Below are positions 19,765 through 31,416 of a stretch of DNA of 64,000 bases, in pieces. Every line of letters starts with the position of its first letter. Positions within the stretch are counted from its first letter, which is position 1. The notes beneath the pieces were generated by a model that saw nothing but the letters and a program-made list of their open reading frames with translations, did not search any database and was not told the origin of the DNA. The DNA is from Chloroflexota bacterium (lineage in GTDB: Bacteria; Chloroflexota; Limnocylindria; Limnocylindrales; CSP1-4). The translations under genes were made by a program, and so were the position numbers. The stretch covers positions 35,374-99,373 of the forward strand of contig JAUJOH010000010.1 of assembly GCA_030447745.1 (NCBI GenBank), read 5' to 3'.

Positions 19765-21832
19765 GGAGTTGATGGGGCGGCCTCGTCCGAGGAGCCGGGG
19801 TTCGCCGAGGCCCCCGGCGCCGTCGATGCGCCGCTCGAGCCGGCCGGGGATCCGCTCGCCGCGCCGGCCGGGGATCCGCTCGCCCCGCTGGCCGGAGTTT
19901 CGCTCGGCGAGCGCGAGGCTCCGGGAGCCGCACCGTTGGACTCGTCCTCGACGCGGAGGGAGACACGGCTGTCGAGCGTCGGGATCGAGTTCACCCAGTC
20001 CGGCCAGACCCGGAGGTCGACCGTGCCGTACGCCGCGAGGAATGCCCGGGCCTCGTCGACCGGCTTGCCCTTGATCTGCTCGCGGAGCGCGTCGCCGTCG
20101 ACCGTCCGGATCTGGGCTGCCGTCGCGCTGACCGGATAGATGACGGTCCCGCGTTCGACGCGGGGCTCGCCCGGCGCGACGTCGACCGACCCGTCCACGA
20201 GCCGGTAGCCGTCTTCCACCCGGGACGTGATGTGCGTCACGGCGATCGACTCGACCGGCCGCGCGTCGACCGCGATGGCAGTCCCGGTCGCCGCCAGCCC
20301 GAGCTCGAACTCGGCGATCTCCTGGTCGACGAGGCCGTCCGGGTTGGTGGTCGGCTGGGGCTCGCCGAGGACCGCCGTGTCGGCGAAGACCGTCATCCCC
20401 TCCGGGACGCGGTTCGGGTCGGCGAGCATCGCCGCGAACTCTTCGTCGAGCCGCGTCGTGAGCTCCGCGAGCGCCGCGTCGACGTCCGCGCGCCGGACGC
20501 GCGGGAACCGCTCGCTCACGCCGCCGGACGTGCCAGAGGGATTGTTGACCTTCACCAGGGTCGGGTCCTGGCCCTCCGGCACGATCGTGATGGCGTTCGC
20601 CGGCACGTTGCCCTCCGGCCCGGACTCCGTCGCCGTCACCCCCACCTCCGCCGTGGCCGGCTCGACGCGGATCGGCTCGCCGAGGATGAGCTGGGCGGCC
20701 GGGAGCGTCACCGCCTGGGTCGTCCGGAACCGGATCCCGCCCTCCGTCGAGACGACGGCACCGGCGGGGATCGCCGTCGATCCGCCGGTGTTCAGGTTCG
20801 AGAACGTCACCGACCCCGACGCGGCCGACTCCTCCACCCGCTCGCCGGTCGCCGCGAACGTGTCGCTGACGGCCACCTCGAACGTGAGCCGTTCGGCCGG
20901 GACGACGGAGGCCGCTGCGTTCGGCTCCGTCACCTCCGGGTCCGCCCGGATCTCGAGCGAGACCGGGCCGATCTGCTCCGCCCGCGCGCGGATCGTAACG
21001 TCCGCCGACGGCAGCAGCAGGTAGGCGCCGACACCACCCGCGAGCACGGCGAGGGCCACGAGTGCGGCGGCCACGATTCCGGCGGTTCGACCCCACGGCC
21101 AGCCCCCGCGCCGGCGATCCGCCGCGGAGTCCGCGGGGCGGGCGGCGGGCCGCGCGGTGGTCGAGGCGGCGGCCGGCGCCCCGGCGGGCGCCGCGGGCCG
21201 GCGAGCATCGGGCGCTGCGGTCGCGACCGGTGGGCATCGGTCGCCGCTGTCGCGGGCCGATCCGCCGTCCGCGGACGAGTGCCGCGCGAAGCCGGCGCCT
21301 CCACGGCCGGCATGACGGTCGTCTCGTCGAGATCCGGCTCGGCTGGCTCCGGCTCCGCGCGGGGGGCGGCACCGGCGCGTCCGCGGGGTCCGGAGCTCGT
21401 CGACGCCGGCGGTCCGGCCGCGTCGGCGCCGGGCGGAGGGCGTCGCCGAGCGGTCGTCCCGGTGGCGGCCGCCACCGCACCCGTGGCGGCGATCGCGCGC
21501 GTGCTCTCGCCGACGTCCGGGCCGGAGCTGGTCCCTCCCGCCGATGGACCCTTCGAGCTCCCCTCCGCCTCCTCGTACTCGGCGACACTGCCGAAGACGG
21601 GCAGTCCTGCGGAGGCCGCCAACGCGCGCGTCGCCGCGTCGCCCGCCACGACCGAAAGCCGGCGGCCGCGCCCCTGCGCCTCGCGCGCGAGGAGGCGGAA
21701 GTTGATCCGCGAGGTCGCGAGCCGGGAGCCGTAAGGAACGACGAGCGCGATCCGGATCTGGTCGATGCCCCGCATCCGCGCAGCAGCCGACGTGATCTCG
21801 TCGTCCGGCTCGAGATAGACGATTGCCGCCAT
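19761..21832 (-). CDS. Bitopic membrane protein with extracytoplasmic Baseplate_J/gp47-like domain (frameshift within about 21075-21330)
   Basis: Cytoplasmic N-domain IVYLEPDDEITS...NFRLLAREA, Pro/Ala-rich linker, TM ALVALAVLAGGVGAYLLL, then ASGSVTFSN...IPAGAVVST..GIRFRT...VTATESGPEGNVPANAI. Confidence 0.7.
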
Positions 21833-23094
21833 CAGACCTTCATCGCCCGGAGGACCCGGCGGAGGGCCACGTCGAGCGGCGCCTCGGTGGTCTGGAGCTC
21901 GATGGCCTGGTACGCGAGGCCGAGCGGGGTCACGTCCTGCTGGTCGACGAGCAGCTTTGTGGCGTCGGTCAGGGCGTCGACGTCCCCGGGCGCCATCACG
22001 GTCACCTCCGGCGGGCGGGCGAACGAGAGCCGCTTCCAGAAGGCCTCGGCGGCGAGCACGCGCGGGACCTCCGGGAGCCTGGAGCCGCCGCCGCACAGGT
22101 AGATCCGGCCCGGCAGCAGGTCGCCGCCCGACAGCTCCTCCATCACGAGCTCGACGCCGGCCGCCCAGACGTCGACGTCATCGGCGACGATGGCGGCGAC
22201 CTCGTCGCGCCGCTCGACCGGCAGCCCGCGGGCGTAGTCCACCTTGACGGCCTCGGCGCGCGGGAAGGGCAGGTCGAGCCGATCCGCCAGCGACTTCGTG
22301 AACGCTCGACCGCCGAGGGCGAACATCCGCGTCCCCTCGATGCCGCCCTGCCGAACGAGGGCCACGTCCGTCGTCCCGCCGCCGACGTCGATGAACAGCG
22401 CGCCGGCCTGCCGGACGTGCTCGGTTCCCAGGACGCGGGCAACCGCGTAGGGCTCCGCCACGATCTCGAGCAGCTCGAGGTCCAGCTGCGACGCCACGCT
22501 CTGCAGCGCACCCAGATGCACGAGCGGCGCGTACGCGTTGAAGATGGCAATCTTGACGTGCCGCCCCTGGAACCCCACGGGGTTGGTCAACGAGTAGCCG
22601 TCGATCGCCGCACCGACGACGGCGGCGTGCACGAGTCGGACGTCGACGTGCGGCAGCCCGGTCTCCCAGGTGATCGAGCGTTCCGCCTCGCGCAGCGCTT
22701 CGCGCTGGACGCCGTCGATCAGCTTCTGCAGCTCGCCCTCGCTGATCGGCTGGTCCGGCCGCTTGCGCTCCTGGCTGTGGGTGGTCGTGAAGCCCTTGAC
22801 CAGCTCGCCGGCGATCCCGACGACGACCTGCGAGGGCCGGAAGCCGGACATCTCCTCGGCTTCCTGGAGGGCCACCGCGCAGTTGTCGACGACGGCGGCG
22901 ATGTCCGCGACGGTGCCCGACTGCATGTGCGAGAGGCCCTGGCGCTTCCGGCCGACACCGCGCACGATGCCGTGGCCCCCGTCGTCGATCTCGAAGACGA
23001 GCGCCTTGGCGAACTCCGTGCCGATGTCGAGGGCGGTGCAGGCGGCGAGCCGGGGCTCTCCGTCGCGCTGCCAGATCCGGCGCCAGAAGGCCAT
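21832..23094 (-). CDS. FtsA-like actin-fold ATPase
   Basis: ALDIGTEFAK, AEPYAVA, IDVGGGTTDV, GG..FT, LCGGGSRL. No ftsZ or ftsQ nearby. Confidence 0.82.
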   Translation of the reverse strand: MAFWRRIWQRDGEPRLAACTALDIGTEFAKALVFEIDDGGHGIVRGVGRKRQGLSHMQSGTVADIAAVVDNCAVALQEAEEMSGFRPSQVVVGIAGELVKGFTTTHSQERKRPDQPISEGELQKLIDGVQREALREAERSITWETGLPHVDVRLVHAAVVGAAIDGYSLTNPVGFQGRHVKIAIFNAYAPLVHLGALQSVASQLDLELLEIVAEPYAVARVLGTEHVRQAGALFIDVGGGTTDVALVRQGGIEGTRMFALGGRAFTKSLADRLDLPFPRAEAVKVDYARGLPVERRDEVAAIVADDVDVWAAGVELVMEELSGGDLLPGRIYLCGGGSRLPEVPRVLAAEAFWKRLSFARPPEVTVMAPGDVDALTDATKLLVDQQDVTPLGLAYQAIELQTTEAPLDVALRRVLRAMKV

Positions 23095-25925
23095 CAGGCC
23101 TGCGGTTGCTTGCCGTTGCGGAGCGCGGCCCGGACCGCGTCGAGGGCCGCCGGCAGGTTGTCGCGCCGCGATCCCCTGCCCTGCGCCATCTCCGGGCGGC
23201 CCCCGCCCTTGCCCTCCAGCGGCGCCATCGCCGCGCGGACGAGGTGTCCCGCTGCGATCCCCCGCCCGACGAGATCGTCGCTCACGGTGACGAAGACCTG
23301 TGGCTCGTCCGCGTCGAGCGCGAGCGCGACGACGCCGGAGCCGAGAGCGCCCCGGATGTCGCGCGCGACCCCCTTCATCGCGTCGATCGACTCCCACGGC
23401 GCCGCGGCCGCCACGAGCCGGATCCCGGGCGCCGGCTCCTCGGCGCGTTCGACCAGCTCGCCGGGACGTGGAAGGCCGGCCCCACCACCGGCACGCAACC
23501 GGCGCCGCGCCTCGCGGAGCTCGTCCTGGAGCGCGGAGATGCGTTCCGGCACCGCCTCGACGGACTGCGCTCCGGCGAGGTCGGCCGCCTGCTCGAGCGT
23601 CTCGAGCCGCGTCGAGAGCCAGGCATCCGCACCCGCACCGGTGAGCGCCTCGATCCGGCGCATCCCGCTGCCGATGCTCCGCTCGGCCGTGATGACGAAG
23701 CCGCCGATCTGCCCCGAGGCGCGGCAGTGCGTCCCGCCGCACAGCTCGAAGCTGTAGTCGCCGACGCGGACCGTCCGGACCGTCTCGCCGTACTTCTCGT
23801 CGAAGAAAGCGTCGGCGCCGTTGGCGATGGCATCGGCCATCGGCATGAACGCGATCGTCAGCGGCTGATCCTCGCGGATGACGCGGCGCACCTCGCGCTC
23901 GATGGCGCGCTTCTCGTCTTCCGTCAGCGCGCGGTCGAACGGGAAGTCGAACCGCAGGTAGTCCGGCGTGACGACGGAGCCGGCCTGCCGCGCCCGCTCC
24001 CCGACGACGTTCCGGAGCGCCCGATGCAGGACGTGCGTGCCGGTGTGGTTGCGCATCGTGTGCGCGCGACGCTCGGGATCGACGACCGCGAGCACCCGGT
24101 CGCCGACCCGGAGACGCCCCCGGAGCGTGCCGAGATGCACGTGGAGGCCACCGACCGGCTTCTGCGTGTCGTCGACCCGGAAGACGGGATCGACCGCGCG
24201 ATCGCCGATCGCCACGCCCACGCTGCCGTCGTCGCGAACCCCGACCGTCCAGCCGATCTCATCGTCGCCGGGCACGAGGACGAGCACGCCGCGGTCGCCG
24301 ATCTGGCCGCCGCCCTCGGCGTAGAACGGCGTGCGGTCGAGGACGACCTCCGCCTCGGCGCCCGCCTCCGTCCGGCCCTCCGCGTCACCCCTGGCCGTCA
24401 GCTCGTCGTATTCGGTCCCGCCCCGGAGGATGGCAACGACACGTGCCTCGGCGGTCGTCGTCTCGTAGCCCAGGAACTCCGTGTCGCCGGCTCGGGCCTG
24501 GATCGCCTGGAGCTGTGCCATCCGCTCGCCGTGGCGCGCGAGCTCGGCCTTCTTTCCGCTACGGCTCCGCCCAGCCGGTCGACCGCCACGCCGTACTCGG
24601 CGGCCAGCTCGACCGTCAGGTCGATCGGGAACCCGTACGTGTCGTGGAGCCGGAACGCCACGTCGCCCGGGAGCTTCGGCGCGTCTGCCGGCAAGTCCTC
24701 CGGCCGCCGCCCGACCTCGCGTTCGGCCGACGTGAGCGGGATCAGCGCCTCCTCGAGCTGCACCGTGCCCGCGTCGAGGGTCCGGCCGAACTGCGACTCC
24801 TCCCGTAGCAGCACGCCGAGGATCTCCTCGCGCCGATCCTCGAGGTGGGGGTAGGCGTCGCGCATGACGTCGATCACGACGGCGGCCGTCTGGGCGAGGA
24901 ACGGCTCGCGACGCCCGAGCAGCCGGGCGTGGCGGACGGCCCGCCGGACGAGCTTGCGCAACACGTAGCCGCGACCCTCGTTCGAGGGCAGCACGCCATC
25001 CGCGATCAGGAACGTTGTGGCTCGCGAGTGGTCCGCGATGACCTGGTAGCTGAAGCGCTCCTGCTCGAACGCGTCCGGGTCGTGGCCGAGCAGCTCGCGC
25101 ATCCGCGCGTGGATCGGTGCAAACAGGTCCGTGTCGTAGTTGGACGCCACCTGCTGGACGACGCTGGCCAGGCGCTCGAGGCTCATGCCGGTGTCGACGC
25201 TGGTGAACGGGAGGGGGACGCGACCGTCCGGCCGCTGGTCGAACTCCATGAACACGAGGTTCCAGATCTCGAGCCAGCGCGGGCAGTTCTCGGAATGGTC
25301 GGGAATACAGTGCGGCCCTTCGCTCAGATGCGCGCCGCGGTCGAAATGGATCTCGCTGCACGGGCCGCACGGACCGGTCTCGGCCATCCGCCAGAAGTTG
25401 CTGTCATCGCCGCTGTCGACGTCCCCCAGCGCGCCATCCGGTCGGGCGGCAGCCCGATCTCGTCGCGCCAGACGTTCCACGCGACCTCGTCGGCGGTGTA
25501 GGTCGTCGCCGCCAGCCGCTCGCCCGGGATACCGAGGTCGCGGGTGAGGAAGTCCCAGGCGAACTGGATCGCCTCGCGCTTGAAGTAGTCGCCGAAGCTC
25601 CAGTTGCCGAGCATCTCGAAGAGGGTGTTGTGCCGCGTCGTCCGGCCGACCTCCTCGAAGTCGTTGTGCTTGCCGGCCACCCGCAGCACGCGCTGGTAGT
25701 CGACGGCCCGGGTGTAGCCGCGCTTCTCGACCCCGGTCAGCACGTCCTTGAACTGGACCATGCCGCTGTTCGTGAAGAGCAGGGTCTGGTCGCCGGCGGG
25801 CACGAGCGAGGCGCCGGGCACGACGGTGTGACCGCGCTCGGCGAAGAACTCGACGAAGCGGCGCCGGATCTCCGCCGCAGGCAGGCTGATGATCCGCGGG
25901 TCACGGTCGGAGTCGGGGGCCCCAC
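23094..25925 (-). CDS. alaS: Alanine--tRNA ligase (several frameshifts and a small deletion)
   Basis: [81 protein letters not shown]. Split across frames near 25880, 25425 and 24575. Confidence 0.93.
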
Positions 25926-25932
25926 GCGGGCA

Positions 25933-25938
25933 ATGGTA
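25933..25938 (-). promoter_or_regulatory. -10 box (TACCAT) 7 nt before the alaS GTG
   Basis: Leaderless-type spacing. Confidence 0.45.
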
Positions 25939-26029
25939 ACGAACGGGCCGGTCCGGTCGCGTCAGCTCGGGGGCGCGGAAGATGCGTGGCGCTGGACGCG
26001 CGTCGGCGCTCCCGCGATGCGCGCGGTCC

Positions 26030-26509
26030 TCAGCTCACCGCCTTCCTCACGAGGTCGGCGATCCGTTCCTCGTCGGCCGGCGCCAGCTCCTTCAGTGCGA
26101 AGGACGTCGGCCACATGTTGCCATCATCGAGGTTCGCCGCCGCGTTGAAGCCGAACGTCGCGCAGCGCTCCTTGAACTTCGAGGCTGGTGTGAAGAAGCA
26201 GACGACCTTGCCGTCCTCGTTGGCATACGCGGGCATGCCGTACCAGGTCCGGGACGACAGGTCGGGCGCGCCGGCCTTGACGATCTGGTGGATCCGCTCG
26301 GCCATGCTGCGATCCGGTTCGGGCATCCCGGCAATCTTGGCCAGCACGTCACCTTCGCCGTCCGTCTTGCTGGCACGCGCGCCGCGCCGCTTGGCCGCCT
26401 TCAGCTCCTCGGCGCGGTCCTTCATCGCGGCTCGCTCTTCGTCCGTCCATCTCGCGCTCGCCGGATCGCCAACGGCGTGGCGCTTGGCGGACGTCTTCGT
26501 GTCCGTCAT
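26030..26509 (-). CDS. DUF1801/YdhG-like iron chaperone family protein
   Basis: [14 protein letters not shown]...VLAKIA.MPEPDR...RTWYGMPAY...GKVVCFF...MWPTSFAL. Confidence 0.8.
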   Translation of the reverse strand: MTDTKTSAKRHAVGDPASARWTDEERAAMKDRAEELKAAKRRGARASKTDGEGDVLAKIAGMPEPDRSMAERIHQIVKAGAPDLSSRTWYGMPAYANEDGKVVCFFTPASKFKERCATFGFNAAANLDDGNMWPTSFALKELAPADEERIADLVRKAVS

Positions 26510-26685
26510 GACATCGCCCTCGTTCCAGATCGGATATGGATCACCCCCATGCTACGGATCCGTGCGGTGGCCTCTCCGAGCTGCTCGACGAACGAACGCG
26601 CCACGACCTGGTCGGACCCGCCGCGCCGCTGAGCGCGAGCCACTGTCACTTCGCGCGCGCTGAGGTCGGCGTTCATCCCGTGATA

Positions 26686-27430
26686 ATGGCCGGCGTGGAG
26701 GAGGTCGAGGTCGTCGTCGCCCATCGCGAGCGCGCGACCCTGCGCGTCGGTGACGTGTTCCTGAAGATCGACGCGATCAGTCGCGCACCGACGTCGAGGT
26801 CGAGGCGATGGCGATGGCGCCGATCGCGACTCCGGAGGTCCTGTGGCAGAAGCCGCCCGTGCTCGCGCTCGCCGCCCTCCGGGGCACGGCACTCGGCCGC
26901 CTCGGCGAGCCGTCGACCGCGTCGCCGGCGGCCTGGGCCGCGGCGGGTGCCGCCGCACGGATTCTGCACGACGCGCCGCTGCCGCCATGGCCCGGTCGGA
27001 GCCTCGACGAGCTGGCATCGCGCCTCGACGGCGAATGCGAGTGGCTCGTCACGAACGGCGTCCTTCCCACCGACCTGGTCACGCGCAACCACCGGGTTGC
27101 CGAGGCTGCGCTCCGGCCGTGGACACCGGTGTTCACGCACGGCGACCTGCAGGTCAGCCACGTGTTCATCGACGTTGACGAGATCACCGGCGTGGTCGAC
27201 TGGTCGGAGGCGGGCCAGGGCGATGCCCTCTACGACCTCGCCAGCTTGACGCTCGGACACGAGGAGCACCTTGGAGACGTCGTCGCCGGCTACGGCACCG
27301 ACGTGGACCTCGACGTGATCCGTGCGTGGTGGTCATTCGGAGCCTGCTGGCCGTCCGTTGGCTGGTCGAGCACGGCTTCGACCCGTCCGCGCCAGGCTGC
27401 GAGATCGAGGTGCTCAGGTCCCGGCTGTGA
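26686..27430 (+). CDS. Aminoglycoside phosphotransferase-like kinase (frameshifted)
   Basis: VVAHRERATLRVGDVFLKID / HGDLQ..HV...GVVDW / WLVEHGFDP...EIEVLRSRL*. Frameshifts near 26780 and 27335. Confidence 0.78.
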
Positions 27431-27637
27431 GCACCCCATGGTCAGTCAGCGTGCGCGAATGTCACCCGAGATTGCGTCGTCCGACCTGACCTCCGTCAGT
27501 GCCGGAAGGTCCGAGCGTCGTCCTCGGCATGGTGGTATGCCTCGCGCGCCTCGTCCTCCACGGCGCGTGACTTCAGCATCGCATCCTCGGCGTCATGCAT
27601 CTTGCCGTCATGCGCCTGCATCGCAATCCGGCGTGGC

Positions 27638-28303
27638 TCAGTCCTCCTCGTCGTCCTCGAAGTCCGGCCAAGCCGCGATGTCGACACCGTGGTTCTCGGG
27701 CGACGCGAGTGTCCACCAATGGGGCACATGCGTACCGTCCGCCAGGCGTCCGCCAGCTTCGAGTGCTGCCGCGACTCTTGCTTCGGCCTGATCGGCCGGC
27801 ACGCTGACGTCGATGTGGGTCCGGCCACGCCCCGGCTTGGGAGGGCGGAGGCTTTGGAACGACACGTGCGGGTTACGTCGGTGCCGATCGACGACGTCTT
27901 CTTTCGGTCCAAGGCTCCTACCCGAGGGCTGCGGCCCAAAACGGACCTACGTCGCTGCCTGCATCCTGTGCCACCGCAATGCCCACGACCTGGACCTGGG
28001 AGGGGTCCGGCTCGATCCGCGCGAGCTTCTGCCGAAATCTGGCGTGCCAGCTCGACATCACGATGGCTCAGAGCTCCGCTCCCCGGAGGCGGTCCGGACT
28101 GTGACTCCCTCAGGTCGCACGTCCACGTCGGGGAAGTGGCCCACAACCTCCGCAACTTGGGCGATCGCGGCCACAAACCTTGCTGCTTCCGCGAACGATC
28201 CGACCACGAAGTAGGCGTGGCCGCCAGAGAAAAGGACCCGCCAGTCCTCGACTCCGATGGCGTCGTGGAATGCCCGAGCAGTCGTTCGCTTCTTGCTCGG
28301 CAA
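27638..28303 (-). pseudogene. Pterin-carbinolamine-dehydratase-like plus VOC fusion protein (multiple frameshifts)
   Basis: FHDAIGVEDWRVL...HFPDVDVRP...LSHRDVELARQISA...RTHIDVSVP...ARVAAAL.AGG...WWTLASPENHGVD. Confidence 0.7.
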
Positions 28304-28491
28304 TGGTCGCGAAGCCCGCCTTCATGCCGCGCTGAGGCGCGCTCGCATAGAAGCCGATGACGGATGGAAGCTGCCTCGGATCGCCCATCGCTCGATCATA
28401 TGCCGGGTCCGGTGACTGGATGCAGGGGTCACACGACGTTGTGTCACCTGAGCGGGCGCCGTCCGACTTCAACCACCTGACCGCGAGATGG

Positions 28492-28803
28492 TCAAGTGCC
28501 GGGTTCTCGGTGCGGAGCGCGCGCGCGGCGAGGCCGTGCGGCCGGCCGGCCGGTAGCGCCCTCGGCCGGAGCGGTCGGTGGCGCCGCGACCGTCCCTGGG
28601 CGAGGTGCCGAGCCGTCGCGCGGACGGGTCGTCGCGCGGATGCTCGTCCAGCGTCCTCGCCGCCGCTGGAGCAGCGCGGACCCCGCGATCAGCGCGCCGG
28701 CCTGCCAGCGCGCCAACGGTCAGCCCGCGGAGGAACGTGCCCGCGAGCGGGGACGGATCGTCGTCGCCCGCCCCACGGCCGAGCGCGTCGCGAGGTCCTT
28801 CAC
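28492..28803 (-). CDS. Small hypothetical membrane protein (frameshifted)
   Basis: Pieces [22 protein letters not shown] / [16 protein letters not shown] start overlaps the previous stop. Confidence 0.3.
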
Positions 28804-29087
28804 GAGCCGGCTCCGGCGCGGCGCTCCGGACCGAGGATCGCCACGATCGCGACGATCCCGATTCCGATCCACGCCATGGCCGACGCCGCGACGAGCCGGA
28901 AGTCGCCGATCCGCAGGAGATCGAGCCCCAGCCGCGCGCCCAGCGCGTCGCCCGCGAGCGCCCCGAGCACCGCCGCGAGCACCAGCAGCGGAAGCTGACC
29001 GCCGGCGCTCCCCGCGAGCAGCACGAACAGCGCCGTGTGGAAGATCCCGACCAGGATCGCCAGGACCGGCGCCGGGCCGATCGTCAC
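28800..29087 (-). CDS. Small multi-pass membrane protein
   Basis: [24 protein letters not shown]...[10 protein letters not shown]... with three hydrophobic segments. Coupled to the mnmA stop. Confidence 0.6.
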   Translation of the reverse strand: MTIGPAPVLAILVGIFHTALFVLLAGSAGGQLPLLVLAAVLGALAGDALGARLGLDLLRIGDFRLVAASAMAWIGIGIVAIVAILGPERRAGAGS

Positions 29088-30189
29088 GACGCGATCCGCC
29101 CGCCACCGAGCACGACGTCGCCGGCATAGGCGACCGCCCTGGCCCGGCGCGGCCGCCCCGACGGGCAGCGTCCGTCTCCACCGTCCAGCCGGCCCCGCCC
29201 GCGCTGCGGCGGCCGGACGGACGCACGGTGGCGGCCACCGGCGCAGCCCGGTGCCGGATCCGGATCTGCGCCCGGAAGCCGTCGGCCGCGCGGCGCGTCG
29301 AACGCCGGCGGCCCGCCGGCCACGAACGACACGCGCTCGAGCTCGAACGCCCGCGTCTCGAGGTCCTCGCGCCGACCCAGCTGGATCGTGTTCGTGCGCG
29401 GGTCGATCCGCGACACGTAGCGCGGTGACCCGAGGGCGACGCGACGCCCTTGCGCTGGCCGACCGTGAAGCCCGCGGCTCCCGGGTGCTCCCCCACCCGC
29501 TCCCCGTCCGCATCGATGAGCGGCCCGGGCTCCGGGTGCCAGCCGGCCCGGTCGCGAAGCGCGTCGCGGTAGTCGCCGCCCGGCACGAAGCAGATCTCCT
29601 GGCTCTCGGGCTTGTCGGCGGTGGCGAGGCCGAGCGACCGGGCGACCGCCCGCACCTCCGGCTTGGTGAGCTCGCCCAGCGGGAAACGCGCGTGCTCCAG
29701 CTGGTCCTGGCGGAGCCCATACAGGAAGTAGGTCTGGTCCTTGTCCTCGTCGCGCGCACGGGCCAGTCGGGCGCTCCCGTCGGCGCCCACCACCCGGCGC
29801 GCGTAGTGGCCGGTGGCGACGGCGTCGCACTCGTAGAGGTGCCGCGCCCGGCCGAGCAGCGCCCCGAACTTGACGTACGTGTTGCAGTCGATGCACGGGC
29901 TGGGCGTGCGACCGTCGAGGTACGCGTCGAGGAACGGCTGGAGCACGCCGGCGTCGAACTCGCGCTCGAGGTTCATCACGTAGAACGGGATCTCGAGCTG
30001 AGCCGCGACGCGCCGGGCGTCGTCGGCGGCATCGAGCGAGCAGCAGCTCTTCTTGAACTCGGAGTACGAGTCGGCGACGTCATGGAGGCGCATCCAGACG
30101 CCGACGACGTCGTGGCCCTGCTGGCGAAGAAGCGCCGCGGCCACGGACGAGTCGACGCCGCCGGACATCGCGACCAGGATCCGGGTCAC
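29084..30189 (-). CDS. mnmA: tRNA 2-thiouridylase MnmA (frameshifts in 3' part)
   Basis: [62 protein letters not shown]. Confidence 0.93.
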
Positions 30190-31376
30190 GAGGCCGACGC
30201 GACCCCCTGGCCGAGCGGGTCCGCCGCCACCGCCGCCGCTCCCACGCGCATCGAGGCCAGGACCCGCGGCACGACCTCGCACGCCGTGTCGATCTCGGCA
30301 TCCGTGGTCGTCCGGCCGAGCGACAGCCGCAGGGCGCCCCGGGCCTCGTCCGGCGGGTAGCCCATCGCGGACAGGACATGGGAGACGTCGGTCGAGCCGG
30401 TCGTGCACGCCGAGCCGACCGAGCAGCAGATGCCCTCGAGATCGAGGCCGAGCGCGCACGACGACCCATCGGTGTCCCGGGCGATGAGCGACAGGATGCC
30501 GGGCAGGCGGCGGGCGGGGTGCCCGGTGACCTCCGTGCCGTCGACCGTGAGGACGGCCGCGGTGAGCCGCTCGCGCTGCTTCTTGAGCCGGCGATTGGTC
30601 TCCGGCCGCTCGTCGCACGCGAGGTCGTAGGCAGCGGCCAGCCCGACCGCGCCGGCCACGTTCTCGGTGCCGGCTCGGCGGTGGCGCTCCTGCGTCCCGC
30701 CTTGCTGCTGGGCGAGGATGTGGGTTCCGTGCTTCACCCAGAGCGCGCCGACGCCCTTCGGGCCCTCGAACTTGTGGGCCGCGATCGCGACGAAGTCGGC
30801 GCCCAGCCGCCGGACGTCGAGCTCGACGTAGGGGGCCGCCTGGACCGCGTCGACGTGCATCAGGACGCCCTTGTGCGCATGGACCCGCTCGGCGATCTCC
30901 TCGATCGGCTGGATCGTCCCGACCTCGTTGTTGCCGAGCATCACGCTGACGAGGATCGTCTTGTCCGTGATCGCGGCGTCCACCTCGTCCGGGTCGACCC
31001 GCCCATACCGGTCCACGCCCACCTCGACGACCTCGAAGCCGAACTTCTCGAGGTAGCGCATCGTGTGGCCCACGGCGTGGTGCTCGACAGCGCTGGTCAC
31101 CAGCCGGTGCCCGCGCGCCTTGCCTGCCCAGGCCGCACCCTTGATCGCGAGGTTGTTCGCCTCGGTGCCGCCGGAGGTGAACACGACCTCGCGCGGCTCG
31201 GCGCCGAGGCGCGACGCGACCCGCTCGTGCGCCTCGTCCAGGCCGGCCCGTGCCGCCCGCCCGAGCGAGTGGGCGGAGCTCGGGTTGCCGAACTGCGCCG
31301 TCAGGTACGGGAGCATCGCCTCGAGCACCTCGGGGCGCAGGGGCGTGGTCGCGGCGTGGTCCAGGTAGATCGCCAT
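30186..31376 (-). CDS. iscS: Cysteine desulfurase (IscS/NifS group I)
   Basis: [57 protein letters not shown]. Confidence 0.93.
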   Translation of the reverse strand: MAIYLDHAATTPLRPEVLEAMLPYLTAQFGNPSSAHSLGRAARAGLDEAHERVASRLGAEPREVVFTSGGTEANNLAIKGAAWAGKARGHRLVTSAVEHHAVGHTMRYLEKFGFEVVEVGVDRYGRVDPDEVDAAITDKTILVSVMLGNNEVGTIQPIEEIAERVHAHKGVLMHVDAVQAAPYVELDVRRLGADFVAIAAHKFEGPKGVGALWVKHGTHILAQQQGGTQERHRRAGTENVAGAVGLAAAYDLACDERPETNRRLKKQRERLTAAVLTVDGTEVTGHPARRLPGILSLIARDTDGSSCALGLDLEGICCSVGSACTTGSTDVSHVLSAMGYPPDEARGALRLSLGRTTTDAEIDTACEVVPRVLASMRVGAAAVAADPLGQGVASAS

Positions 31377-31385
31377 CGGACGGCG

Positions 31386-31391
31386 ATTGTA
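31386..31391 (-). promoter_or_regulatory. -10 box (TACAAT) 9 nt before the iscS ATG
   Basis: Near-consensus hexamer in a very GC-rich context. Confidence 0.55.
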
Positions 31392-31416
31392 CGCTCGGCC
31401 CGGAACGCCGGGCAGC

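Noticed and set aside
19280..19895. Short tandem repeats (18-bp at about 19280, 24-bp at about 19846) as CRISPR or regulatory arrays
   Set aside because: Only two copies each, in-frame, encoding low-complexity C-terminal tails of RuvX and the baseplate-J-like protein; no spacers or cas genes.
19761..21832. Prophage or contractile injection system, based on the baseplate-J-like domain
   Set aside because: No sheath, tube, spike, terminase or capsid genes. The protein has a TM anchor and sits in a housekeeping operon.
23094..30189. Programmed frameshifting or true pseudogenisation of alaS and mnmA
   Set aside because: No slippery sites are evident, and indels are scattered across unrelated genes, so sequencing error is more parsimonious.
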